From Planctomycetota bacterium (GTDB taxonomy: Bacteria; Planctomycetota; SZUA-567; H5-PLA8): a stretch of DNA of 26,992 nt. Shown here in pieces: positions 17,096 through 25,660 of the stretch (the first letter of the stretch is position 1; every line of letters begins with the position of its first letter). A model generated the notes under the pieces. That model was not told the DNA's origin and made no database searches. It saw only the letters and a program-made list of their open reading frames with translations. Location: the NCBI GenBank assembly GCA_038227875.1, contig JBBRPR010000088.1, positions 1 to 26,992 of the forward strand. The letters are read 5' to 3'. The position numbers and the translations under genes are program-made.

Positions 17096-18550
17096 ATGGT
17101 TCGCGAACCGATCTTTCAACCTGTGGCGGGTGGCTCAGTTGTGGATGATAGAGACGACATCTCGCTGATCGCCGCCGTCTCCACCTACCGCGATCGCGAT
17201 GCGTTTGCGGAACTGTGCGAACGCTTCCGCGAACGCGCTTTCAGCATGGCGCTGCGCATCCTGCGCGACCGCGATCTGGCCGAGGACGCCGTTCAAGAAG
17301 CGCTGCTCTCCCTCTGGCGCAACCCTCAAACGCCCCCTTTAAAAGATGCCTGCGGCTGGATCTTGAGCATCGTGACGGCCAAGAGCATCGACTTGGGACG
17401 CAGCCGCAGCCGGCGCGTAAAGCGAGAGACATCCATGGCGACGAAGCAGAATCACTCCAGCGCATCGGCAGCCGAAGCCCTGGAAGAAAACGAACTGATC
17501 GGTTTGCTGCGAAGCCAGATCGACGCGCTTCCGGAACTGGAGCGCACCTTGCTGGCATGCAGTTACTGCGCCAACATGCCGCAGCGCGAAATCGCCAAGC
17601 TGGTCGGTGTCTCGCAGATGACCGTCTCGAATAAAATTCAGCAGGTGCTGGAACGGCTGCGCCTGAATCTCTCCAAGGCCGGTGTCGCCGCCCCTATCAT
17701 GGTGCCGCTGCTGAGCTCCGAAAAATTATTCGAAGCGATGACCTGCGACAGCGCCTGCCCGACGGGATTGACCGAGCGGCTGCTGGGAAGGCTCGACGCG
17801 CCGCCGATTCACAAGAACGCCGAATCGCTGCGCCGAGCCTCGCCGCTGGGAAAATCCAGCGCGTGGACGTTCGCCGCAGTTGCCGTCGTCGCCGTTGCGG
17901 CGGGCGGAGCGTGGTGGGCCGCGCAACGCGCAAATCCTTCCGCTCCGATCGGCGCGACTCCGTCCTCCGTTCAGGCCATGGTGCAGCCCGGCGGAACCTT
18001 TCGTGGCCACTGGGACTTCAGCAAAGGACCGCCGGCCGATCTGACGACGTTTCAAGGCGCGTGGGAATGGCAGAGCGGCAAACAGCCACCGGTTGCCGGC
18101 ATGAAGGTTACGTCAAAGCTCGACGCAGCTCTGCTGCTGCCCGGAACTGTTCCGGCTTCGCCCATGATGCTGAAGATCAAGTTCTACATCAAGCCCAACG
18201 ACATCGCGCACTTTGGCTGCTACTGGGCGGATGAAAACCATGTGTTCGAAAGCCGATCGTGGAAGCGGTCGATGTCGGTTCCATCGGATCATCCCATTCA
18301 GGGCAGTGGATACCTGATTGGGAAATACATCGTGATGTGCCAGGACGATCACGTCGTCAGCGTCGTTGACTACCCGCGCGAGTATCCGGGAAATCGGATC
18401 TGTCTGACCTTCCAGCATCTCATCGCCATCGAGGTTGACGCGCGCTCTGTCACCCTCGACGAAATTCCGGCCAACTTTCGCGATCCGGAGAAATTGCTCA
18501 AGGACATGGATGGCTCGCCCGTCGCCGGGCATGAATACCTGTTTAAGTAG
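17096..18550 (+). CDS. ECF sigma factor fused to a TM helix and an extracytoplasmic domain (484 aa)
   Basis: sigma2 DLAEDAVQEALLSLW; sigma4 MPQREIAKLVGVSQMTVS; TM AWTFAAVAVVAVAAGGAWWAA; ~185-aa beta-rich C-terminus starting GHWDFSKG. Confidence 0.9.
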   Translation: MVREPIFQPVAGGSVVDDRDDISLIAAVSTYRDRDAFAELCERFRERAFSMALRILRDRDLAEDAVQEALLSLWRNPQTPPLKDACGWILSIVTAKSIDLGRSRSRRVKRETSMATKQNHSSASAAEALEENELIGLLRSQIDALPELERTLLACSYCANMPQREIAKLVGVSQMTVSNKIQQVLERLRLNLSKAGVAAPIMVPLLSSEKLFEAMTCDSACPTGLTERLLGRLDAPPIHKNAESLRRASPLGKSSAWTFAAVAVVAVAAGGAWWAAQRANPSAPIGATPSSVQAMVQPGGTFRGHWDFSKGPPADLTTFQGAWEWQSGKQPPVAGMKVTSKLDAALLLPGTVPASPMMLKIKFYIKPNDIAHFGCYWADENHVFESRSWKRSMSVPSDHPIQGSGYLIGKYIVMCQDDHVVSVVDYPREYPGNRICLTFQHLIAIEVDARSVTLDEIPANFRDPEKLLKDMDGSPVAGHEYLFK

Positions 18551-18616
18551 CCGTAGCCGCAACCAACTTCCACATCCGTTCGAAGCAGAGCCGATCCACC
18601 GGCCAGGGGTGTCGCT

Positions 18617-18958
18617 TTGAAATCGCAGAACGCGCCAGACCCGTCGCAACCTGCTCCGCCAGCGCCCTGGAGCGTCGACCGCTACGGCCGCCTGCTGGCG
18701 GGATCTTCCGTGCTGCTGACCACGGTGCTCGGCATCGTGCTTCATCCCGCATGGCTCGCCGGAACAGTGCTGATCGCCACAAATCTCGTGGTCACGTCCC
18801 TGACCGATCACTGCGCTCTGCGCGATCTCCTGCTGCGGGCCGGAGCCAAGGAACGGGAAGATCTGTTTATTCCAGGCGGGCGAATCCGGGCAGAAGTCCT
18901 CGCCACGTCCGCGACTCCAGACGACCACCGTGCCGAAAGGGGAGCCAACGCATGCTGA
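18617..18958 (+). CDS. DUF2892/YgaP-like small membrane protein (113 aa)
   Basis: SVDRYGRLLAG, two hydrophobic segments, LTDHCALRDLL (conserved Cys); TTG start after AGGGG. Confidence 0.75.
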   Translation: MKSQNAPDPSQPAPPAPWSVDRYGRLLAGSSVLLTTVLGIVLHPAWLAGTVLIATNLVVTSLTDHCALRDLLLRAGAKEREDLFIPGGRIRAEVLATSATPDDHRAERGANAC

Positions 18959-19803
18959 CTGCCGAAGATCGCGATGTGCTGGGAATGGCGCTGGAAACAC
19001 CGAGGGCCAACCGGCCGAGCGCCGTGTCGCAGATTCTACGCGCGCTGAACGACGACCTGGAGCACGGCATTGCCGCGTGGAAATTCTCCGGCTCGACGTC
19101 CCATCCAGCGGGGTACAACATGGTGGTGGCGACTGGCCGCGCCATGCGGGTGCGCGCCCATGCCTTGGCGCACCGCGTCTACTCCAGTCGCGGCTATGTG
19201 TCCGCCGCTGACGAATCCCCGTTGCCGGCGTTCGACGGGGACCCGCGAACCCTGACGCTCCTGGCGCAGGACGATGCCGGCCACGATGTCGGAACCGTCT
19301 CACTGGTTTTCGATTCAACGGCGCTGCTGCCCTGCGATGAAATTTATCCCGCCGAACTCGCCGGCCTCCGCGCCCGGGGCCGCTGGATGGCGGAAGTCAC
19401 ACGCCTGGCCATCGATGAACGCCATCAGCTCTCCAGCACGCTGTTGATTCGACTTTTTAACTTCATCTATATTTTCGCGCGCCGGGTCAACGGCCTCGAC
19501 GATTTTGTCATCGAAGTCAATCCGCGCCACGTCGCCTATTACCGCCGCCTGCTCGGCTTCGTACAAGAAGGACCCGAGCGCCCCTGCCCGCGCGTGCGCG
19601 GCGCTCCGGCGGTGCTGATGCGACTGGATCTCGCCGAGGGTGAACGCACGATCCGGAGCGTCGCCGGAAAACGCGCCTGCTCCCATGCACGCTCTCTTTA
19701 TCCGCATTTCTATTCGTGGCTTGAGGAAGGCGCCGTGGCCGAATTCCTCGCGCGCAGCCACCCGCCCATGAGCCCGGACGCCGCGCGCTTTGAATTGAAG
19801 TAA
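18952..19803 (+). CDS. FeeM-type long-chain N-acyl amino acid synthase (GNAT fold; 283 aa)
   Basis: RVYSSRGY, GTVSLVFDS..LPCDEIY, EVTRLAID, FVIEVNPRHVAYYRRLLGF, APAVLMRLDL; ATG overlaps the DUF2892 stop; GGGAG RBS. Confidence 0.85.
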   Translation: MLTAEDRDVLGMALETPRANRPSAVSQILRALNDDLEHGIAAWKFSGSTSHPAGYNMVVATGRAMRVRAHALAHRVYSSRGYVSAADESPLPAFDGDPRTLTLLAQDDAGHDVGTVSLVFDSTALLPCDEIYPAELAGLRARGRWMAEVTRLAIDERHQLSSTLLIRLFNFIYIFARRVNGLDDFVIEVNPRHVAYYRRLLGFVQEGPERPCPRVRGAPAVLMRLDLAEGERTIRSVAGKRACSHARSLYPHFYSWLEEGAVAEFLARSHPPMSPDAARFELK

Positions 19804-19846
19804 GGCGCCGGCCGAAGGTCACGCTCGGAAAACAGGGAGACCAGGC

Positions 19847-20389
19847 ATGCTCGCGTTGTATCGAACCTCCACGGCGGTCGCCGTCGGCAGCGGCAATGAC
19901 GCCTCCTTTTGCACGCTCTACGATCAGCACGCCCCCGCCGCCATGAGTCTTGCGCTGCGCCTGACCGAAAACCATGCTCTGGCCGAAGACGCCGTTCAGG
20001 AATCGATGTTGCGGGTCTGGCGCGCGCTGCCCTCCTTTCGGCCGGGCAACGTCCGCTCCTGGATCCTGCGCATCGTCGCCCGGGTCTGCTTCCGCCTGAT
20101 GCACGCCCGCAAGCGCGAACGCGCGTATCTCGCTAATCCCGTTTCGCTTCCGCTCTACGCGGCAACGGAAGACTCCAGCGAATGCGCCGAGCGCGACCGG
20201 ATGCTCGCCGCTCTGCGCGGAGCAGTCGCAACACTGCCGCCACTGGACCGCCGCCTGGTCGAATCCCACTTCGCTCTGCGCCAGTCGCAACGCGAGATCA
20301 GCGCTGCCACACGCCTGCCCCAGCAGACCATCTCCTATCGCCTGAAACGCATCTCCGCCTCCCTCCGCACGCGCCTCAGCCACGTCTGA
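19847..20389 (+). CDS. Soluble ECF sigma factor (180 aa)
   Basis: LAEDAVQESMLRVW, RSWILRIV, SQREISAATRLPQQTISYRL; GGGAG RBS. Confidence 0.85.
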   Translation: MLALYRTSTAVAVGSGNDASFCTLYDQHAPAAMSLALRLTENHALAEDAVQESMLRVWRALPSFRPGNVRSWILRIVARVCFRLMHARKRERAYLANPVSLPLYAATEDSSECAERDRMLAALRGAVATLPPLDRRLVESHFALRQSQREISAATRLPQQTISYRLKRISASLRTRLSHV

Positions 20390-20430
20390 GAGCGAAGCCC
20401 GATTCCGTTCATGCCATTCATCCCGTTCTC

Positions 20431-20458
20431 TTGAGAACCCCACCGCATCGGTTACCAT
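20431..20458 (+). promoter_or_regulatory. Putative sigma70 promoter of leuB
   Basis: TTGAGA-N16-TACCAT, 42 nt upstream of the ATG. Confidence 0.4.
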
Positions 20459-20500
20459 CTCAACGGCGTTTTCACTTCACATCAGTCCTTGAGGATACCC

Positions 20501-21574
20501 ATGAATTTTCACATCGTAGTGCTTCCCGGCGACGGCATCGGGCCGGAGATCATCGCTGAAACGCAGAGCGTCCTGCGCCGCATCGGCGAGCTTTTCTCGC
20601 ACACCTTTGAATTCGAACCGCAGGCCGCCGGCGGCAACGCCATCGACCGCTTCGATACGCCGCTCCCCGACGCGACGCTCAACGCCTGCAAGAACGCTCA
20701 GGCCGTGCTCAAGGGGCCCTTCGGCGGACCCAAGTGGGACAAGATTGAAAACAAGAAGCGACCCGAGGCCGGGATCCTCGCGCTGCGCAAAGGCCTGGAC
20801 CTCTACGCCAACCTGCGCCCCGTCAAGCTCTATGATGCGCTGGCTGACGCATCGACGCTGAAGTCCGAAGTCGTCAAAGGCACGGACATGCTGATCGTGC
20901 GCGAATTGATCTCGGGCATCTACTTCGGCGAACCACGCGGCATCTTCGGCGAAGGCGCTGCGCGCTATGGCGTCAATACGGAAATCTACCGCACGCCGGA
21001 AGTCGAACGCATTGTCACGAAGGCCTTCGAGCTCGCCCGGCTGCGCCGCAAGAAGGTGATGAGCGTCGACAAGTTCAACGTACTGGAATCCTCGCGGCTG
21101 TGGCACGATGTCGCCGAAGGCATCGCGCAGAAGAATCCCGACGTCGCCTTCGAACACCAGATCGTCGACAACGCCGCGATGCAGTTGATCCGCGAACCGA
21201 AGCAGTTCGACGTCCTCGTCACCACCAATATGTTTGGCGACATCCTCTCCGACGAAGCGGCGATGCTGACCGGCTCGCTGGGCATGCTGCCCTCGGCCAG
21301 CCTCGGCGGCAAGGTCGCCCTCTACGAACCGTCGCACGGTTCGGCGCCGGACATCACCGGCACCGGCAAGGCCAACCCACTGGCCACGATTCTTTCGGCC
21401 GGCATGATGCTGAAGTACAGCTTCCAGCTCCAGAAGGAATCCGACGCGATCGAGAACGCTGTCGAAAAAGCGCTGGCCGACGGCCTGCGCACCGCCGATC
21501 TTGCCGGTAAAGGCGCGAAATTTGTAACGTGTGCCGAAATGGGCGCGGCCGTGTTGAAGAATCTCAAAGCGTAA
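20501..21574 (+). CDS. leuB: 3-isopropylmalate dehydrogenase (357 aa)
   Basis: LPGDGIGPEI, RPEAGILALRK, ANLRP, VRELISGIYFGEPRG, NMFGDILSDEA, YEPSHGSAPDI, ANP; GAGGA RBS. Confidence 0.97.
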   Translation: MNFHIVVLPGDGIGPEIIAETQSVLRRIGELFSHTFEFEPQAAGGNAIDRFDTPLPDATLNACKNAQAVLKGPFGGPKWDKIENKKRPEAGILALRKGLDLYANLRPVKLYDALADASTLKSEVVKGTDMLIVRELISGIYFGEPRGIFGEGAARYGVNTEIYRTPEVERIVTKAFELARLRRKKVMSVDKFNVLESSRLWHDVAEGIAQKNPDVAFEHQIVDNAAMQLIREPKQFDVLVTTNMFGDILSDEAAMLTGSLGMLPSASLGGKVALYEPSHGSAPDITGTGKANPLATILSAGMMLKYSFQLQKESDAIENAVEKALADGLRTADLAGKGAKFVTCAEMGAAVLKNLKA

Positions 21575-21593
21575 GGGGCGACTCGCGTCCAAA

Positions 21594-21694
21594 GGTTAGT
21601 GGGCAGGGGTCAGCAGTCAGGGGTCAGAAGTAGGTGGGCGCAGGGCTGTTGCGCCTAGCGTTTGCGTGGTCGAGGCAGAAGGCAGTTGGCGGTC
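21594..21694 (+). repeat. Degenerate heptamer tandem repeats
   Basis: ggttagt gggcagg ggtcagc agtcagg ggtcaga (21594-21628) and ggcagaa ggcagtt ggcggtc (21674-21694). Confidence 0.5.
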
Positions 21695-21756
21695 ACGGAA
21701 TCGCGGGTTTCACAAGACGCTCGTGTACATTTTTTCTTCAATCTCTGGTCAAAAAC

Positions 21757-22425
21757 ATGAATAACGCCCCACCCCTATCGTCAAACACTCAGGAGCCCGG
21801 TGCGTCGGGTCGGGAAGACGCAGAAGATCCGGGCCTCGTTGAGCGTTCGCTGAAGGGCGACGCGGCGGCGTTCGAGCAGTTGTTCGTGAAGTACCGCCAG
21901 CGTGTGTTTGCGGTGGCGTGGCGCCTGGTCGGCGATGAGGACGCGGCGCTCGATGTGGTTCAGGACGCGTTTGTGCGCGCCTACGAAGAGCTGGAAAAGT
22001 TGCGCGGCGAGACGCGCTTTTTTCCGTGGGTCCGCCGGATCACGGTGAACCTGGCGATCGACAAGCTGCGCGCCATCAAGCGCAGCCGGGAAGTCAGCCT
22101 GTTCGCCACAAGCCAGGAAGACGAAGACGGGCGCGAAGAATTGACTGCGGTGGGGCAGGCGATGCCGGAGCGCGAGCAGGACAACCCGGGCCGGCAGGCC
22201 GAACTCTCCGAATTCTCGTCCGCGCTGACCGACGCGCTGGCGAAGCTCTCCGAAAGCCACCGCGCGGTGTTCATGCTCCATGCCGCCGAAGGCATGAGCT
22301 ACAAGGAAATCGCCGAAGCGCTGGGCTGCAATATCGGCACCGTAATGTCGCGCCTGTTCTACGCTCGAAAACGCCTGCAGGAGCTGCTCGGCGCGCACGT
22401 GAAACACCTGAGTCCGGATGCTTGA
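21757..22425 (+). CDS. RpoE-like ECF sigma factor (222 aa)
   Basis: GDAAAFEQLFVKY, AALDVVQDAFVRAY, FFPWVRRITVN, EGMSYKEIAEALGCNIGTVMSRLFYARKRL. Confidence 0.93.
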   Translation: MNNAPPLSSNTQEPGASGREDAEDPGLVERSLKGDAAAFEQLFVKYRQRVFAVAWRLVGDEDAALDVVQDAFVRAYEELEKLRGETRFFPWVRRITVNLAIDKLRAIKRSREVSLFATSQEDEDGREELTAVGQAMPEREQDNPGRQAELSEFSSALTDALAKLSESHRAVFMLHAAEGMSYKEIAEALGCNIGTVMSRLFYARKRLQELLGAHVKHLSPDA

Positions 22426-22427
22426 CC

Positions 22428-23399
22428 ATGAACGCCCAGGACCTCCAACACCAACGGCAGCTCATCGCGCTCTCCGCGTACGCCGACGGCGAGTTGGGCG
22501 GTCATGCGCGCACGGAGCTTGAAGCGGAACTGGCCCGACGCCCGGAACTGCGCGCGGAATTGCAGCTCATCAAGCAGCTCGACGTTCACGCCGCGAAACT
22601 CCCCGTGCCGGATGTCGCCGCCAAACTCAACGCGATCATGAACGCGCCAGCTTTGCGCGACGCCTGTACAAAACCGCTGCCGGCCGATTGGCTCCAACAG
22701 ATCCAGCGCGTCCCAGACGTGAAGCCGGAGCGCTTCGCCACAGTTTGGAAGGCCATCGCCGCTCGCACTGTCGCGCTGGAAGGCAGCGATGCGATGCGCG
22801 CCTCGGCGCTGGCTGACGGTGAGCTTGCCGAAGGCGGCGCCGCACTGAGCGCCAATTCCGGGCTCGCCACCGAGATGGCGCTGTGGAAGAAGCTCGACGC
22901 TGCCGCTGCGAACCTGCCGGTGCCGAATTTGCGCGATCTGACTGAACGCGAAACGGCCCGCGCGATCGCCACACGAATCCACGAGACCCAGCGCGCGCGC
23001 TATGCTCTCTCCGCAAGCGCGGAGTCCCCGGCTGCCGTGCCGCAGGTCAGCAAGGAAAAGTGGGACGGCGTCTGGAAGAAAATCGAGACGCGCGTCTCGG
23101 AACGCTCCGCCGCACCGACCAACATCGTACCGCTTCCGACGCGCAAGGTTTCGCGCTGGCGCTGGATGACCGGCGCAGCGGTCGCCGCCGTCGTGCTGGT
23201 GGCGCTGCTGCTCAAATTTTATCCGCACGATCAGCCGCCGCCGGACGAAGGCGTGGCGCTGGACATCCCCAAGTCGGTCAACGAGCGCTACGACATCACC
23301 GTCGAGTACGTCAAGGGCGACCCCGTGGTCTGCTACTACCTGAAGCCGGAAGCGCGCTTGAGCGACGCCAACCGGGACTGGCGCTGGCTTCCAGACTAA
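22428..23399 (+). CDS. Membrane-anchored anti-sigma factor with a duplicated N-terminal domain (323 aa)
   Basis: Starts 2 nt after the ECF stop; RseA_N-like LSAYADGEL and a second ASALADGEL; TM WMTGAAVAAVVLVALLL; short C-terminal domain. Confidence 0.8.
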   Translation: MNAQDLQHQRQLIALSAYADGELGGHARTELEAELARRPELRAELQLIKQLDVHAAKLPVPDVAAKLNAIMNAPALRDACTKPLPADWLQQIQRVPDVKPERFATVWKAIAARTVALEGSDAMRASALADGELAEGGAALSANSGLATEMALWKKLDAAAANLPVPNLRDLTERETARAIATRIHETQRARYALSASAESPAAVPQVSKEKWDGVWKKIETRVSERSAAPTNIVPLPTRKVSRWRWMTGAAVAAVVLVALLLKFYPHDQPPPDEGVALDIPKSVNERYDITVEYVKGDPVVCYYLKPEARLSDANRDWRWLPD

Positions 23400-23449
23400 A
23401 ATTGGTGTAAGACCACGCGCACTCTTAATAGGTGGTGGGGGGTAACAGC

Positions 23450-23899
23450 GTGCCGTGCCGAGCCGTAATTGCGTTTCTGATGTGTGCCAGCGCCTTGTTC
23501 GCGAGCGGCAGTGTGAGCGCTGAAGACGTGACCGTGAGCGTGCAAGCCGTCGCCGCCTCCAATCCGGGCGCGAAGCAGTCGATTCCAGCCTCGCTGAAAG
23601 CCTACGAAGCGCAGCTGAAGGACGCCGGCCCGTTCGGCACGTTCACCGATGCCGGCAAGGACGCCGTGAAAGCCGCCGCGGGTGCCAGCGGCAGCGTGAG
23701 CTTGAGTGGCTATGCCGTGGAAGTCACCGTGCTGAGCAAGGCCGAAAAGGGCCGCGCCAAGGTTCAGATCACGATCAAGGAAAACGGAAAAGCGATCGGC
23801 TCGCCGTTGAAGACGGAACTTTCGAGCCGCCCGTTCATGACCAAAGCCGGCGACCCCAACGCGCCGAAGATCTTCTTATTCACGATCAAGGACGAATGA
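23450..23899 (+). CDS. Hypothetical secreted protein (start GTG 23450, or 23432)
   Basis: Signal peptide RAVIAFLMCASALFASGSVSA|ED; beta-rich mature part; third gene of the ECF/anti-sigma locus. Confidence 0.75.
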   Translation: MPCRAVIAFLMCASALFASGSVSAEDVTVSVQAVAASNPGAKQSIPASLKAYEAQLKDAGPFGTFTDAGKDAVKAAAGASGSVSLSGYAVEVTVLSKAEKGRAKVQITIKENGKAIGSPLKTELSSRPFMTKAGDPNAPKIFLFTIKDE

Positions 23900-23945
23900 A
23901 GCAAGCAGTCGCGCAGGTCCGCAGGACATCCAAACGAGTGCAAGT

Positions 23946-24018
23946 GGCCGGGTAGCCCAACGGCAGAGGCAGGGGACTTAAAATCCCTTCAGTGCGGGTT
24001 CGATTCCCGTCCCGGCTA
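23946..24018 (+). tRNA. tRNA-Leu(TAA), short variable loop, CCA not encoded
   Basis: Acceptor ggccggg/cccggct plus discriminator A; D arm gcc..ggc; anticodon stem gggga/tccct with loop ct-TAA-aa; T arm gcggg-ttcgatt-cccgt. Confidence 0.93.
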
Positions 24019-24068
24019 TCGCAATTTTACCTATGATCATAGGAGAATAGTTCCACGTTCGCGTTTTG

Positions 24069-24113
24069 ACGTCACGCAAATTTCAAAGAAAAACGTTACG
24101 CAAACGTTACGCA
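24069..24113 (+). repeat. Direct repeats, putative integrase arm-type sites
   Basis: aaacgttacgc twice in tandem (24091-24112) plus acgtcacgca (24069-24078). Confidence 0.6.
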
Positions 24114-24172
24114 GTTCGTTATGATCCTGACCCAGAAATGATGACCTGACTTGTGGGTTTGGGGCTTAGAAA

Positions 24173-25660
24173 ATGGCGAAACACTCCGATGGCATGAAGC
24201 AGCAGAGCATTGAGGCATATCAGGTCAACGCCAGACCGGGTTGGCGGGTTGACTGGTATGACCGCAAGGGCGTGCGTAGGACGGCCTCCTGCGGTACGCG
24301 CGATAAGTCGGAGGCGAAGGCCGTAGCGCTCGGCCTCGAACTATTGGCCAATGATCCCTCGGCCTACGATGCCGAACCCAACAACGTAAGGTTCGAATCA
24401 ATTCACGGAAGGGCCAAGCAGATTTTCTGGGGTCTGGAAGTCCCACCCACACCACCTCCCGCGCGCATGCCCATCGGCGAGCGGGAGATTGGCGAGCGAC
24501 TGGCCAAGACTGGCAAGGCCGGGTTCAGCGCCCCCAAGGGCAAGCGCTGGACAATGGTTCCGAATCCCGAGGTCGATGAGGAGCGCCGCAAGCGCATCGA
24601 CGCCGAGCGAAAGGCCGCGACGCTGGAGCGCGAGAAGAAGTCCTGGGAGCAGGAGCGGTTGGAGTACGTCCGACGGCTGAACGACCATTGCGACGTGACG
24701 GTCGACGAGGCTGTCGCCGCGTTCGAGGTCCACTACACGCCCGACCACGACAGCCACACCGTCGGCCAGGTCATGCGCGTCAACCGCGAGCTGGCCGAGA
24801 TGATCGGCGGCGACGCCCGCGTCGGAGAGGTCGCCGGAGGCTGGATCAACGACTACATCGAGGGCTACGGGGACGGCGAGTCCGGTTTGGCAACGCGGCG
24901 GAAGGTCCGCGCTTACATCTCGACGTTCTGGACGTGGGCCGTGAAGCAGTACCTGCTGAATGGCAACCCCATGGACCACGTTCACTCCGTCAGCGCGGAC
25001 TCGCCGGAGAACATCCGTGCCTTCCGCGACTGGACAAAACTTGAAGCGTACCTCGACGCGCTGAAGCCGTGGCCGTACTGGCGGGCATGGGTCGCGTTCG
25101 CCACGCTCGCCGGGCCGCGATGGTGGGAGCAGACCCGGGTCAAGACGGGTGATATCCACTCGGCCCTGGGGTACGTGCGCATCTTTGCCCGCAAAACGGG
25201 CAAGGAGCGCAACGTCCCCATCGAGCGTAAGGTGCTCAAGCCTATTCTTTCGGAGTACCTTGAGAAGCACCGGGACAAGGTCATCCCTGAAAAGAAAGAT
25301 TTCCCGTGGCTGTTCCCGACGGGGTTCGTGGGGCACGGAGCGAAAGGAGACGGCCTCTGGCGCGCCTCGACCTGGCACAAATTCTGGCGCGGGGGGCGCA
25401 ACCCTAGGAGCGCGGACGGAACGCCCGGCAAGGTCATCGTCGGCGTCCGAAACGAGGCGGCTGGCAAGAGCAAGGACGAGTGCTGGGAGTACGGGCCAGC
25501 GGAATGGCGCCACTGCGCGGGGACGGCGATGGGGCACGCAGGAGTTTCTGGACTGCGCATCTCACAGTGGCTGGGGAACAGCGAGGCGATATGTCGTCGG
25601 CATTACATCGCAGACGTCGGGGCTGAGGACTGGCCGTTGAGCTGGGGCAATGGGACGTAA
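24173..25660 (+). CDS. Tyrosine recombinase/integrase (495 aa)
   Basis: Arm-binding-like N-terminus WRVDWYDRKGVRRTASCGTRDKSEA; core ATRRKVRAYISTFWTWA; catalytic AGPR, KTGKERNVPI, WRH, LGNS...HY. Confidence 0.88.
   Translation: MAKHSDGMKQQSIEAYQVNARPGWRVDWYDRKGVRRTASCGTRDKSEAKAVALGLELLANDPSAYDAEPNNVRFESIHGRAKQIFWGLEVPPTPPPARMPIGEREIGERLAKTGKAGFSAPKGKRWTMVPNPEVDEERRKRIDAERKAATLEREKKSWEQERLEYVRRLNDHCDVTVDEAVAAFEVHYTPDHDSHTVGQVMRVNRELAEMIGGDARVGEVAGGWINDYIEGYGDGESGLATRRKVRAYISTFWTWAVKQYLLNGNPMDHVHSVSADSPENIRAFRDWTKLEAYLDALKPWPYWRAWVAFATLAGPRWWEQTRVKTGDIHSALGYVRIFARKTGKERNVPIERKVLKPILSEYLEKHRDKVIPEKKDFPWLFPTGFVGHGAKGDGLWRASTWHKFWRGGRNPRSADGTPGKVIVGVRNEAAGKSKDECWEYGPAEWRHCAGTAMGHAGVSGLRISQWLGNSEAICRRHYIADVGAEDWPLSWGNGT

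Noticed and set aside
17020..18598. Shared GCC(A/G)ATCCA motif upstream of the 484-aa ECF (17041) and DUF2892 (18590) as an ECF promoter
   Set aside because: Only two instances with a weak -35 match; cannot be distinguished from chance
20390..20500. Leucine attenuator upstream of leuB
   Set aside because: No Leu-rich leader peptide or terminator hairpin visible
22026..22427. N-terminal extension of the 457-aa ORF and upstream starts of the 263-, 276-, 296- and 350-aa ORFs
   Set aside because: Most overlap neighbouring genes; downstream starts give better coupling, RBS or domain boundaries
23946..24018. bldA-like TTA-codon control of the conflict system
   Set aside because: TTA codons also occur in unrelated genes (e.g. 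ABC permease at 6505-6507 and the ECF at 17096), so no specific enrichment can be shown
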